Assembly: GCF_000150275.1 (NCBI RefSeq)
Contig: NW_002060947.1
Location: 604,695-668,694, forward strand
Length of the DNA stretch: 64,000 bases
Origin: Trichoplax adhaerens
Lineage: Eukaryota; Animalia; Placozoa
Reading direction: 5' to 3'
Shown: positions 22,219 to 35,100 of the stretch, in pieces
How positions within the stretch are numbered: position 1 is the first letter of the stretch
Layout: every line of letters begins with the position of its first letter
Notes under the pieces: model-generated
Databases searched by the model: none
The model's input: the letters and a program-made list of their open reading frames with translations, nothing else
Told to the model about the DNA's origin: nothing
Program-made: the position numbers and the translations under genes

Positions 22219-25200
22219 AAAAGTCCCATATTACATTTTCTGATAAATTTGATGCCAAAATATATCATGTATGGGGTGATAGAAAGTTTTTTACATTTAC
22301 AATGTACTTACAATTTACATCTAAAGAATGACATGATATATTTATAATTGGAAATTGTACTACTCGATAAGAATTACTCTTAGTATAGCTGTACCAAGTA
22401 AGCTAAACGTTTAGTTTTAATATCTGCATAATTGATAGAAACTTTCACGATTAAAATTTGAATAAAAATCATAGAGAATCGTAGATTTGCATTTCAAAAA
22501 GTATCCAACCATTATTGCGTACTAACATTTCGAGATTGAGTGGTATCTGTAATAGCAGTTTAAAATCTATACTGTACATTACAGACAAAGGAGTGAGGAA
22601 GTACGTGGTCTTAAAAATTTTGATTTCCAGTAAGTTAGTTACGGTCATTATTACTCTATGGGTGTTAATGTAAAGGCTATAGCGTTGGCTTAAGTCATAA
22701 CTGAAGAAGATTCGTATCTGTATACTTTATCGAGCGCCGCCTTTTTAATTTTAGCACTATTGCATTCAATGATAATCGAACTATTCTAGTTAAGATTGTT
22801 TTATTGATTAATTACTGTCTCTGATGTAAGATTTTTCACATTATAAGTAATATACGGTACAGCTAACGGTACGAGCATGGGTAGTGCATAAAAATTGGAC
22901 TTCATCGAAATAATTTACTGGTCATTTCTGCGATACTGTTCTTTTCTGCTTATCATTAGTATTTAGTCTATAGGAAGTTAGAGTTTAACTTTTATTGCAT
23001 TCATACATGCTATATAAGTACTGCCGAGCTAATATAAAGTACTGCTTCTGTCTGGGTTTTATTCCGATTAATGTTAAACTGATTTAATGAAAGTCGTAAT
23101 ACTTAATCATATTTAGGCTACAATAGGACGATGACGTTAAGCAATCAATATCTATTCTATAATATGTAGCAGATAGCTGCCATCATTGTCAATTCCATAT
23201 CTAGTAGTAATCACACTTTTCCCTAGAGAATTTAAATACTGGAGCGTTTAATGGCTACTTCACAGTATTAAAGATCTTACAAACAAAGCATTTGAAACTT
23301 TTGATTCGCAGTAGATTATTCTTATACCATGAATGTTAACTGAAAACATCTTTAATTTATATCTTACCTCTAGATTATTGTTTTGAGTGTTGTAGGTATA
23401 AATTTGTGGGAGAGTAGCCATAACCTTGCTGATCTTAACTTGTTGCTGATAATAATAAATCAAATTTTTGTTAGACTTTATTATGCCGTTCCATCTATGA
23501 TACTTCATTATCTCTCATTAACAAATTTTATACTATACATATGTAATTAGCTCCAGGGCGTCGTAATTTCATTTCATTTTATTCATTATTGCTAGTTAAG
23601 GTTATAGTACAGCTGTGTTACATCCTGAAAGCCTTCAACCCTATTTTCTTACTAAGATAGTACAGAATGCATGTTGTTTTGCAATATATTTGAGGAAGTG
23701 GATTTACTGAGTTTCTTACTATAGACGATACGTCGATGATAGAAAAAATGACTCTCTAAAAGCGATTTCGAACTCTATCTTGTTGCTTATTGTTGTTACA
23801 GTCAACACAGGTATTAACGTTGTTAAAGCCGGAGTGCCGGCTTAGGAAAAATCAGTAAATTGGGAAAATGATGTCGCACGATAATTGGAAGACAACAAAG
23901 CTCTAGCAGAAAGAGCGTGAAGCAGATGGAATTAGGCATTTCCCGACTAAATTTTGACCCTTCCCCAAAAATCCCTCGTTTCCCAGTTCTAATTTTGAAC
24001 AAATTTAACTACTTACTACCGCTTTTAAAAAAAACTACGAGACAGGAAGCGAGCTTACAATGTTAAAAGCCAACAAATAGCCCCAAATTTAGAACCCACG
24101 GCATATGATCGTAAATATAAAGTAAACTCTGCGTATATATTAGATTGATAAATGAAAAAAAAAGATTAGTAAGTTAAGAAAGGTGATGATAACGCAATGG
24201 GTTAAGCGATATAAGTAACATGAACTTGGTAGTTATCGCATCGCCAACTTAATTTTTTGTGACTTTATTTCAATGCGGTAATTGAAGTATAAATAGCTTC
24301 CGTTATGTTCTCTAGTGTGACACTAGGTCAATCACGCAATAATTGCTAGATATTACCAGTCTATCATACATAACAGCTTCATTGATCTTTATAGGTAGCG
24401 TAAAATTCAATCAACGAAATATTGTATTATTTCGAATCTGGTAGTAGTTATCAAGCCATCGAAGGGTTATTCTTCCTAGATGTCGTTGTATCTACTTAAC
24501 TCCGCTCTCTGTAAAGAGTTCAAGTACATCAAACCTTTAACTTAATTCGCGCAGGCAACAAAATAGAAAATCGCTGTTATTACTTCGATTTCATACAGTC
24601 ACATACAAGCCTATACTGTACAATGTATATCGCCTTTTTATGCAATAAACTATGCTACGTGGGTTACAGTATCCCTGCTAATATTCCCATGAATGATGTT
24701 GATTGCTTGATATTTCTGCTGACTGCTACATTATTCATGTTAAGATCAATGTTTTGTTTCTTTTTGGCTAATACGCGTATATAAATCATCGCATGTAATT
24801 GCCATACAAGTTACTTCTACATTTACGAAATAATAACGAATCTATTTTTTCTGAATGAATTCATGAAGGTTGTTGCCGGCGTTGCTTTATACAAAACATG
24901 CGTAGATATATAAAAAGATCGCAGGTTATTAGCTGCAACTCATCGGGAGAAGATGGATATGTAATTCATTTTAACGATGACTAATGGAATGTAAATATGG
25001 TGTAAGAGAGTAATCATGATAATTCAAGAATTATTGAGTATCAATGTCATTTCGTATACAGTAACTTGATGGTGGTGATCGTTGCTGGATTTTCCCAGCG
25101 TATCCTGTACTGTATACCAGAGTTCCGCAAAAAGGAAAATTTTGATGCTTGACAGTTTTCGTGTGGGTTGTCTGTAGCGTGATCCTTTTACAAAACTCTG

Positions 25201-25286
25201 CAGATAACTGAAACGAGACTAACAATACTTAATATTGAGGAAATATCCGTTAATTCAAAATGGCCCGTCTGCATACTACCACAACG

Positions 25287-26200
25287 AAGTGTTTAGCACA
25301 ATGTTTTGAGGAGATGAAGCTGGAAATGTCTGTCCGTCCACGAATGATGAGTCCAGGACTTAGACCTGACGGACAGACGACGTCAAGTCTGGTCCAGGTT
25401 TTCTTCTAGTAAGGTCAAGTACTGCATAGTGTACAGTGTACAGTACAGTATTCTACAGTACGTACTGTATACCGTACTGTACTGTACACTGTAGCGTTAT
25501 GGATGACTTGAAAAAAGTACGTGGAAACTCCTTTGGACGGACAGACATTGGATCTGACAGTATTTGGTCAATAAATTGTATGACATCTCCAACACTTCAT
25601 TATGATAGCACTTTAGTATTGCAGACAGTCGATTCTGTATTGAGTGGTTTTTTTCTAAATCAAGTCATATTACATCGCATTCCATTACCTGTTACTAAGC
25701 TCTGCTTAGAAGCTGTCAATTTTAGATTATAAATGATATTCAAATGAATACGAGTGATTTCGAAAACAGACACGGAAGATCTATACTGAGTCACTTTTTT
25801 TCCACACTTTCGGTCTTATCGGGTATGAAAAGTCCGTCCATCCGAGGAGAGATTCCAGTCTAGTAGTTCACGGTATAGTCAGGAACTATTAAGATTAGGG
25901 TACAGTATAGTACTGTACTGTAGAATGACCAGAAAAATGGTAAAACCCACTCATTATTTTGCACTGAACAGCCGCTATTAATTTTAATTAATAACAACAT
26001 CGACAATCTTATAGGACTGTCTCCAAGTGGAACTTAGTAACAGATAATGAGATTGAGCGTAATATTACTTAATTTAGAAAAGAATCATCAGTCTATGTAA
26101 AATCCACCATCAACATACTAAAGTACTGTCATAACAAAGTGTTCGACGCAATATTTTGGACGAGATGAGGCCAAAAATGTCTGTCCATCCAAGAGTGATC
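25287..26200. repeat. Cluster of direct and inverted copies of an AAGTGTT..GAGATG..AATGTCTGTCCRTCCA module around a GTAC/TACAGTA-rich core, upstream of HYKK paralog 3
   Basis: AATGTCTGTCCGTCCA at ~25325 and its exact reverse complement at ~25534. A ~60-bp diverged direct copy lies at ~26135-26199. GTCCGTCCATCC occurs at ~25832. Confidence 0.6.
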
Positions 26201-26357
26201 AGTACAGTATAGGCTAGTGTTATGCAAAATAATAACACAGTGTTGTTAATTTAGCTTGCTGAATTGATCGCTTGTTTTAGCTCTCAATTGAAGGCCAAGA
26301 ATTCGATTGCTATCATTCACTGTCGCTTGCCGCTAGCTTTTATTCGAGATAGAAAGG

Positions 26358-27865
26358 ATGCATTTAGATTCAGGTTCAGATTCAGGTACAGATTCAGGAA
26401 GTGATTCAAGCTCAGATTCAAGTACAAACTTCACTGCAGATTCAAGCCATGATTCAAGCTCTGATTCTGATTCTGATTCTCAACGACCGCCGCCTCTTTC
26501 AAATACAAAGATCAAATCCATGCTAGAAATAATGGTTGGAGTTCAGCCTCAAGTTATCATCGATATTAAAGAGTTACAAAGCTTTGTTGACAGAAATTAT
26601 TTAATTAAGATAAATTATAGTGGTATGTTAGAGTCTGCCTTTGCAGCTGATAATACTTCAGCAGACGAAGAATCAAGTACGATAGTGCAGGATAATGCCA
26701 GTCAACGTTATGTCTTGAAAATTTTAAATAGTAGTGATAGCCGAAATATCAATACAGCACTCGCTAGATTACACGCCATGAAATATTTGTATTCTCTTGG
26801 TATTAAGTGTTGCAATCCAATGACATTATTAGACGGTGAGCTGACGCTCAAATTACACCTACCAGTGCAGGAAGTGGATGATGCTGATGATAGAGAAACT
26901 ACTAGAGAGTATATTGCTTACTTAATGAATTATGTAGAAGGTGAAATACTGTCCAAAGTTGAGCCAAACCTTGATATATTTTGCAAAGTTGGAAAATATG
27001 CGGCTGTCCTAGATGGGCATTTGCAGGTGAACTATTACTAGTTGATTTGAATAGCTTGAAATAATTAAGTTACCAAGAAGCAAATTTGAAATTGTAAATA
27101 AAACTCGTACGGTACTGTATATGTATTAGATATTTTTCCTGTAGAACGGTACTTGTTCACAGAAACTGCTGATGCACTCATTTTGTGCAGCTTTTCTGTG
27201 ACTTAATTGACGTTGGATTGCAGCTAATTGAAAATGATTTGATTTTGCAGTCTTTTTCAGACGATCATTTAAAGAATTACCACGGTATGTGGTCGCTTAA
27301 GAGTTTCCTAAAGCTAGATAAATATCTGCGTTATTGTCCAAGGAGTAAAAGAAGATTTTTGAAGTGCATTTACCATTATTGTTACAAATTTTTCAAAACA
27401 GAGGTTCCAAACCTACGAACAGCAGTCATTCACAATGATCTAAACGATGATAATCTTTTGATAAAATTAAATACGCATACAAATTCATATGATATTGCTG
27501 GAGTCATCGATTTCGGCGATGTTGACCACACGACATTAATTTTTGAATTAGCAATTTTAATCATTCACATGATGGTTACATGTAATGATAATCCTATCGA
27601 ATTGGCTGGACATATTATCTCAAGTTATCATTCAGTGTTACCGTTGACTAAAGTAGAATATAATGGATTATACATGGTGGCGCTGGCTAGATTAGTTCAA
27701 GTAATTGTGCTATCAGAGTACGAGCATAAACATAGCCCCGATAACGACTATGTCATGTATCAATATGATGCGTTTTGGTCACTACTAAGGTTACTATGGT
27801 CTACTTCAGAAGAATCTGTATACCAGACTTGGAACAAAATCATCAATTGCAATTTTGATGTCTAG
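26358..27865 (+). CDS. HYKK: HYKK-like phosphotransferase, paralog 3, with an N-terminal Ser/Asp-rich tract; exons 26358-27026 and 27251-27865
   Basis: Same phase-0 intron after LQ (TTGCAG|GTGAAC; TTTTGCAG|TCT). Motifs: RPPPL, ELQSFVDRNY, YVLKILN, VIHNDLNDDNLL, GVIDFGD, FELAI. Confidence 0.88.
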
Positions 27866-29404
27866 GTGTGATATATTCGCCTATTGTTTATTTAGGATCT
27901 ATAATTCTGGATTTATTAGTTTGTGAGATAGGCTTACGAATGTCATAGATAATTCGACAGTCAATTTTTTACATATGGTACCTTGACAAATGTTGATTAT
28001 ACATAGTAATAACACGCGTACATTCATCTGTCTATAATGGCTGAAAGTTTTATCCTCGATATTAGAATATAATCTTGATACTTTTTAATAAGGCATGATA
28101 AATGTTAAAGAATTTATGATTTTAGGCAGATTAACTTTTGGTAAGAACTATTTTAAAGTAGATGATTCTATTATTTGAAGATTTAATGGCATAGATCTTA
28201 ATACTACTAACTCATTTTGAGAAAACACTACTAGACAATAAGCCTAGCCTATTCTGTTGATAGCAGATTCTCGGTATAGCTTATAAATCGTGCAAGATAC
28301 TCATTGAACGGTTTAGATATATAAGATATAATTCCAACTTTAGATTCAATTTTGAGATAGGCAATGGAGATATATTAAGCTGGTTGATAACATATCATAT
28401 TCATATTTTTCTTATTCGAAACAATTTTTTTTCTGCAAATGAAATGTGCTTAATAAATGTGAACCGACTGATTATATATTAATAAATGACTCAAGTACAA
28501 GCCAACGGATATAAGTGTTTGAATCTATTTAACTTTCAGTTAATTCACGTTATAATGTGCACTATAATGAATGGTTTGCGTACGCTATCGATATATAAGT
28601 GTCTTTTCCTTATACGAATATACTGTATGTGATTGGATATGCATCTATTACTTGTAGAGATTTGTAAACGAGAATGTGCTGTGCCTAACATTAATAACAT
28701 GTGTAAACGCTGCTATAGTATGATGCAGGTTCTGTATGCGTAGTGCTTACTAATGTGGTACTCAATCCTCCTCCTTGATAGACTTTATATGGTAATTCAG
28801 TAATAATGAAAATAGAAATATACACTGCATCATTACATGTTAGACTAGCATAAATACCCTATTTACTTATTAATACACCCTTTACTGCAGTCAGTGATAC
28901 ACTGGTAAATACTGACTATCGTTTTAATGCGAATCAGGCAATTTTAATCTATGCTGATATTGAAGTAGAATATGTTGAATAAAGTTTCCAGAACTTTAGC
29001 TAGAGTTGCTTATTTTTTCGGCGGAACCTGTGCTATTAGTCTTAGTTGCTGCACTTTTATTATAAATATGAATGACTTTCTGGTACTAAACGCTATGTAA
29101 TGGTAAAATGATAGAGAAACAATATTCTTGGTGGCATAGTTTTGTTTTCGCCATTTCTAGCCATTTTAATACAATTTTACATATGTGGCATAAACTTGTA
29201 ATATAAAATTCCTTCTAGATCATTTTAGGTACCATAATAATGAAAGGGGTCTTCTTACGGTATGCAATACTTCAGTTTTAAATAAGAAAACGCGTTACTT
29301 TGTCGATATAACAAGTTCTAAACTTTCATCGCTGTAATAGAGCGGGGGTTATTACTATGTGTATGATAATTTAATAGGATTAAGCTATATTTACGCAGAA
29401 TCTT

Positions 29405-30319
29405 CTAACAGTATCGTTTACGGAAATATGTGTATATGCAATGGACGTACTCTCGTTGTGCAGGTGTATTTTGATGACTGTAACATATAGCAACAATGCT
29501 GCCATTGTGATGTACAGACATTATTATGTCTGGATCAGTACAAATGTGATTGAAAAACTTTGCAGATAACTGAATAAAATCGTCGTCGATCTTTGATACT
29601 ATTATGGTCCACTGCAAGAAGAGCGCTGAACTATGATTAGTACTGGAGACTCCATAGCAACTTGGATTTAGCATGAAACTTTCAATAAATGAATCAATGT
29701 TAATTTTTGAAGGCGATATACTGGCTTTTAGCATAGTAGCTACGTAGAGCTTTGTACTTTATACTAATTTACGTGTATCTGCAAGTTCAGTAAATAATTG
29801 TTGCGGGCTTAAATTAACTACAAATCTAATATCAAACTTGCCCTCTTCAGCATTTGCCTTAAAAGTTGACGGTGAGCGATTACCACGAGGCCACCGACAG
29901 CGTATATTTCTGAATAGACTAAAGCCAAAATTCCAAGTTTTACTTAATTTTAATCAATTTATAGTTTGGCTGGGCAAATTCGAATTATAATTACTTAGAT
30001 GAGACTATGACATCATTCTGTTGCTTATATAAATGTGTACAAAATGACTCAATTAGTTATTATACTGTATATCGTACTTTCGTAAATTTTTAGTTAAACT
30101 ATCAAAACAAAAAGTATATTGCAGCTACCTCACAAGCAATTCTGTAGCAAGTACAGGCTTGTTTTCCTGCTGCAGTATAGCTATTATTAATGTAATTTAG
30201 TGGCTGATTCTGCTATAAAGTCTTAGTAATGCTCCATGTATAGCAGTCAATTCTTGAATTATATCATCGTTAAATAAATTATAAGACAACACAATAAGCA
30301 TTGTTATTGTTGATCTCAT
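29405..30319 (-). pseudogene. Possible disrupted two-exon gene of unknown function (30319-30129 and 29909-29405)
   Basis: A phase-compatible GT-AG junction joins MRSTITMLIVLSY... to NIRCRWPRG...LADTRKLV*STKLYVATMLKAS...KRYC*. There are two in-frame stops (one at 29759-29761). No family recognised. Confidence 0.3.
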
Positions 30320-32177
30320 TAGAACCAATTAAAAAAGGAATGTAAACTCTGTTACTATTTTGTAACTAGTATCATTCTGATGTACTCTATAGTGCCATGA
30401 ATTACTCAGAATCTATACAGATTTCTAGTAATTTCTAGTAGCTTATGAAGTACAGCACAATATTGACTTCTACATATAATTTTACACTAGAATACAAGAA
30501 TACATTTATATAAATTCTTAATATTAATTTTTGCACCGTATTTATTGTTTGGCACAAGTTGTAAGTTTAATACATTGTAACTATTGCCCCCAGTTTTTTT
30601 AATTTTAAATAACAATTAGCATCATATGGGATGAATGCGCGCGAATATGCTACGTGAATGAGTTACAAGTAAGTTATTATTAGCGTATGCAAGGCTGTTT
30701 CAATTCGAGAGACTGCATTGTTTAAATATTACAGTTATGTAGTTGAGATAAACGTTGCTAATATCGTGTGGAAATTCTAGCGTAAGCCCAAGATTTATTT
30801 CCTAAGTAACAATTTAATTTACGCAAGATTTGGGAGTTGAGAAATAATCAGATCAAATTACAACAAAGTGCTTTAGCTTATCAGCTATTATTTCGACTTA
30901 TTATGCCAAGTTAGATCATTCTATCGTTGCTATATTTTTACGTCACTACAAACTATCCAAAATTTAGCTCTGATATCGTATTATTATTGTATTGACTCAT
31001 AGATATTAAAATAAATGATACAATTTTATTATCGGCGTATTTCTAGCGGTGAGAAATAATCTTCGTTTGATTTATGCCTATTCTATTTTTAAAATTATTT
31101 ATTATGTATGTAATTTTCTGAATGTATTTATGTGAAACAGAGGTGATTAGCCAAAATTGATCTTATTGGAATACATTTGTTTTGTTACTTAACTCAGAAA
31201 AGTTCATTTGTCGAGAAATTACGTTGTAATTTAATAATATTTCAAGCTCCGTATATTTTAGTCTTTGGTGATAAACTAAGAGATTGATTGCTATGGAAAT
31301 ATGTGCCTATACTGATATATATCGTGCGAATATTTTGGCAATACGACGCGTCTACGAGTCTATGTATGCGAAAAATATAATAAACAGCTATAGAGTTAGG
31401 AGCTTATTTATGAAATTTCTTGATCTACATTAGTTATGACCTGAGTAGAAATGCACATTTAGGATATTGTGAAATTAGTAGAAAATTACCTACCATTAAT
31501 AATATAACATTGACATGGAAATTAACAATTCATGCTATCAGGATTAATCCATGGATTGTTCTTTTCTACTTTGTAACTTAACAACTGTTATTGTCATTAT
31601 TTTTGATCCATTTTGTCAATAAATATCTAGGTGTAGTAAATTCATTATTAAAAACCGACTCCCATTTTTTTATTCGGTATCCAATCATCATTTTATATGC
31701 AATTTATAATAATTGAATTTTGGGATCATTTTAATATTTCAATAGTATCGCTTGAAAAATACTATAAAGGACAATGAATGACCTTTTATTATGGGATAAC
31801 ATTTATCAATTCTATCTAACAATTAATCCTAACATTAATAAGTCATTGGTAGCTACTGTTTATTATTATAATTTATTACATTTAAGTTGATCAATATTTT
31901 AAGCATAAATTTCATTGTATAAGAATAAATTGAGGTGCTAGGTTGCAGATGTTATTTTAAGCCTGCTATAAGTAGGATCGTTGTAGGCGTAATCGCTTAT
32001 TGGCGTTAAATTTATAATAGAAACACTTTGAAACTAGAGTCAAACTGAAAGCAGCTTTTCTTATTTATAATATTGCCAATTAGGGTAGCGTTATTATAAA
32101 GAAAGGAGTTTACGCTATTTAGCATATAGTCTTGATGGAAGGACTGCGTAATCTTTACAGGACAATTTTTCATAACA

Positions 32178-35100
32178 TGAAGAAAAATTTGTATTATGTG
32201 ATACTTTTTTATTATTTTATACTTGTAATATTAACTGCAAGATGCGACTGCAGCTTTATTCATCAAAAAAGATCAGAAGTATCGAACTTTCACTTGGACA
32301 AGCTGATCGGGAGAGAAACTGGTAAGTGGCTGTGTCAAATTCATGACGAAGAATTCGATTTCATATCAGTTAGTTAGCGGTACTGTAAAATTTTTTAATG
32401 AAGTTCGCCAAATATGGTGTAGCTCTAAACTTAGTCTTACTTAATTTGTTAGCCCACTAATGTAATAGAGGCGGGAATAGATATTGATAAATTTTTCCTG
32501 CATAAAATAGTTTGATTTTTCGCTAGTTATTTCTTTACAACTACAACCTTCAACCAATATTATTTATACTATGTAACTTACAAGACTCCGGAAATATAAT
32601 TTGTTTTAAATGTCACGTCGACATTTTGGCTGTGAGCATATTCTAAATTGTCTATCAATTATCGTTATTCATCTGGATAGACATTAACAATCAGTTCTAC
32701 TAATAATGACTTCTATAAATGTTGACTGTAAATTGTTTATTATGTACCGTAACTTTCGATGGGATGTATCAACTTTCTTACTTGTCGTGAAATAGTTTTA
32801 GCTATTTAAAGTCTGTTTGATTAATGATCAACTTCGATTGTGCCTGTCGTAGGTGCATTAAATTTCCGAAATTTTGATTCATGCCAAAGGCTATTAGATG
32901 ATATGCAAAACTTGGTGACTTTATCCAAGCAAATATATCATCACGACCGCTCATTAAATGCATTGCTTGATACTAATTTGCTGTTACCATGGTAAGAAAT
33001 TAGTCATTCGCTTTCTACTTAATCCTGTTTTCCACTCTATTTTTCCTCCTATTTCTGAACATAAAGATTATGGAACTATTATTCTATATTTTATATTTGA
33101 TGGAAATAATCTGGTTTAGTAGCAGTAAAGAAATTATACATAGTCAATGAAAACCTAATTGTAGAATTGCTTTACCAAAACCAGAACTTACTGTTATTTT
33201 GATATTATTAAAGGCTTGGAGTTTGTCGATTATTTGATACTCACTTTGAAATAGTTTAATCTATATAGTACTTGCATAACGTCATAGATGGCATATTCTA
33301 CCTTTAAAAAAGTTGTAAAATTCTTGCTAGTTTTTGACAGAACAAAAAGATTCACTCAATTGCAAGTAGAAATAGAATTTAGGAAACTAAGTTCCTGTAG
33401 TATCTTACTGGGCTAATTTTATAGGGTCTATCTCAATCATTTAAGATGGGAGTTACAAAATTTCTTAAATTTATTTATAAGCATTATTACTTTAAACCCA
33501 AACATTAGCGCCAGTTAGCCTTATATTCGAATGATGGCTCATTCGATGACCATGACCATTATCCAAAAGATTAAGTAAATGCATATAATCTTTTCAACTG
33601 AAAGAAATTACTCAAAAAATATCATTCTATTGCAAAAGCCGTACCCTAAACTATTAATACATGGTCAGTTAAGTGGCAGAAATAAAGTTTAACATCATAG
33701 TATTTGGTAATAAATTTGCAACTGCTTATAGCAAAATGCGGTATCGTCTTCAGATACTGCGATTAGTGTTTTACTCTATGATACCATTTAGAAGTGAAAG
33801 TTGGGTGACCTCTACCACTCTCTTTCTTATAAAAGAAAGCAATTAAATATAGAATTAGGTTGCAATATCTTCTGTGGTATACTTTGGTTTATAAATAGTT
33901 CAAGGTATTACATAGACTTAGCTTGAATACAGTTTAAAAGTTGTCTTTCCAAGCATTCCTGTTATATATCTATTGAATTAATGATAATGCATTCGCGTTG
34001 ATTACTTCAGCGTCTTATAACATAAATTTGAGCATATAATTTTAATTGATATCAAATGAAAAAACAATTCTTTTAGTAATAAACAAACTGAAATTATTGT
34101 ATAAACATCTAAGACTGGATAAAGATATTAAGATTATACGGTTAATGAGATTGCTACATTTTTATCTAATTATTTAGCTCTCAGGAATCAGAAACAGATG
34201 TAAAGATTCAGAATCCCACAGTTACCGCTAGAATAATAACCTACTTAGACGTTCTATCAAATAAGAATTCTGCTTTACCATTGGATTCAAGTTAGTAGAA
34301 ATTATATCAATTGTAGAATGTAATTAAATATTGTTATTATTATTCTTATGAAATAGTTCTTGAAATTAGAGAGTTTCTTGCTCCTATTTATACAACTATG
34401 CCTAATTTTTGTTTAGTTATTTAAGTATGATCGTGTCTTTTGTACATTCTTATGATATATAGGTGTATGGAAATGCTTAAGTAAATGTTTCAAGGTACTG
34501 TTTTATTTATTTAATCTTGTATTACAATAAAACTTAGTCAGAAATGCTTACCTTTGTTATAAACTAATATTTATATTCTTTTCTATTGATTCTATGCTAC
34601 TTATGGATAATAATCTCGATACAGTGGAAAATAATTCTGTTGGGGTTGACTAAACTAAGACGTCATGACGAAAAACCGGCCTCTAGTGAAAATATTTATG
34701 ATCAGTGTTGTCAGATAATTGATTCATTACAGTATAATTATTTTCAGTACCTCTATCAACAACGTAAAAATTTTGATGGCAGCGTGAATCTATTTCAGGA
34801 AGAATCGCATAGCTACATACATCGCATGGCCGATAGAAAATTATTTAATAAATTCGCTAGGAGTCTCGTTCCATTTCGCGACCCAATATGTGCAAGTAAT
34901 TCTGTGTCCATATCAAGTTCGACTATGATTAGCCAGCCTATGGCAACAACTGCACAAGATATTTTCAATCAAGTTAGAGCTTCCACATTAAATGTAGCAA
35001 CAGCAAAGCATCGATATACGACTGAGACTTTATATTTATCCAAATTGCATGCAAAACGAGATATAAGAACTACACATAGGAATATAGATGAACTATACTC

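Noticed and set aside
23825-24000. GAGCGTGAAGC (U3 snoRNA box B-like) near a GCCGG..CCGGC hairpin
   Set aside because: No U3 box A/A' or properly placed C/D boxes were seen; insufficient for an ncRNA call.
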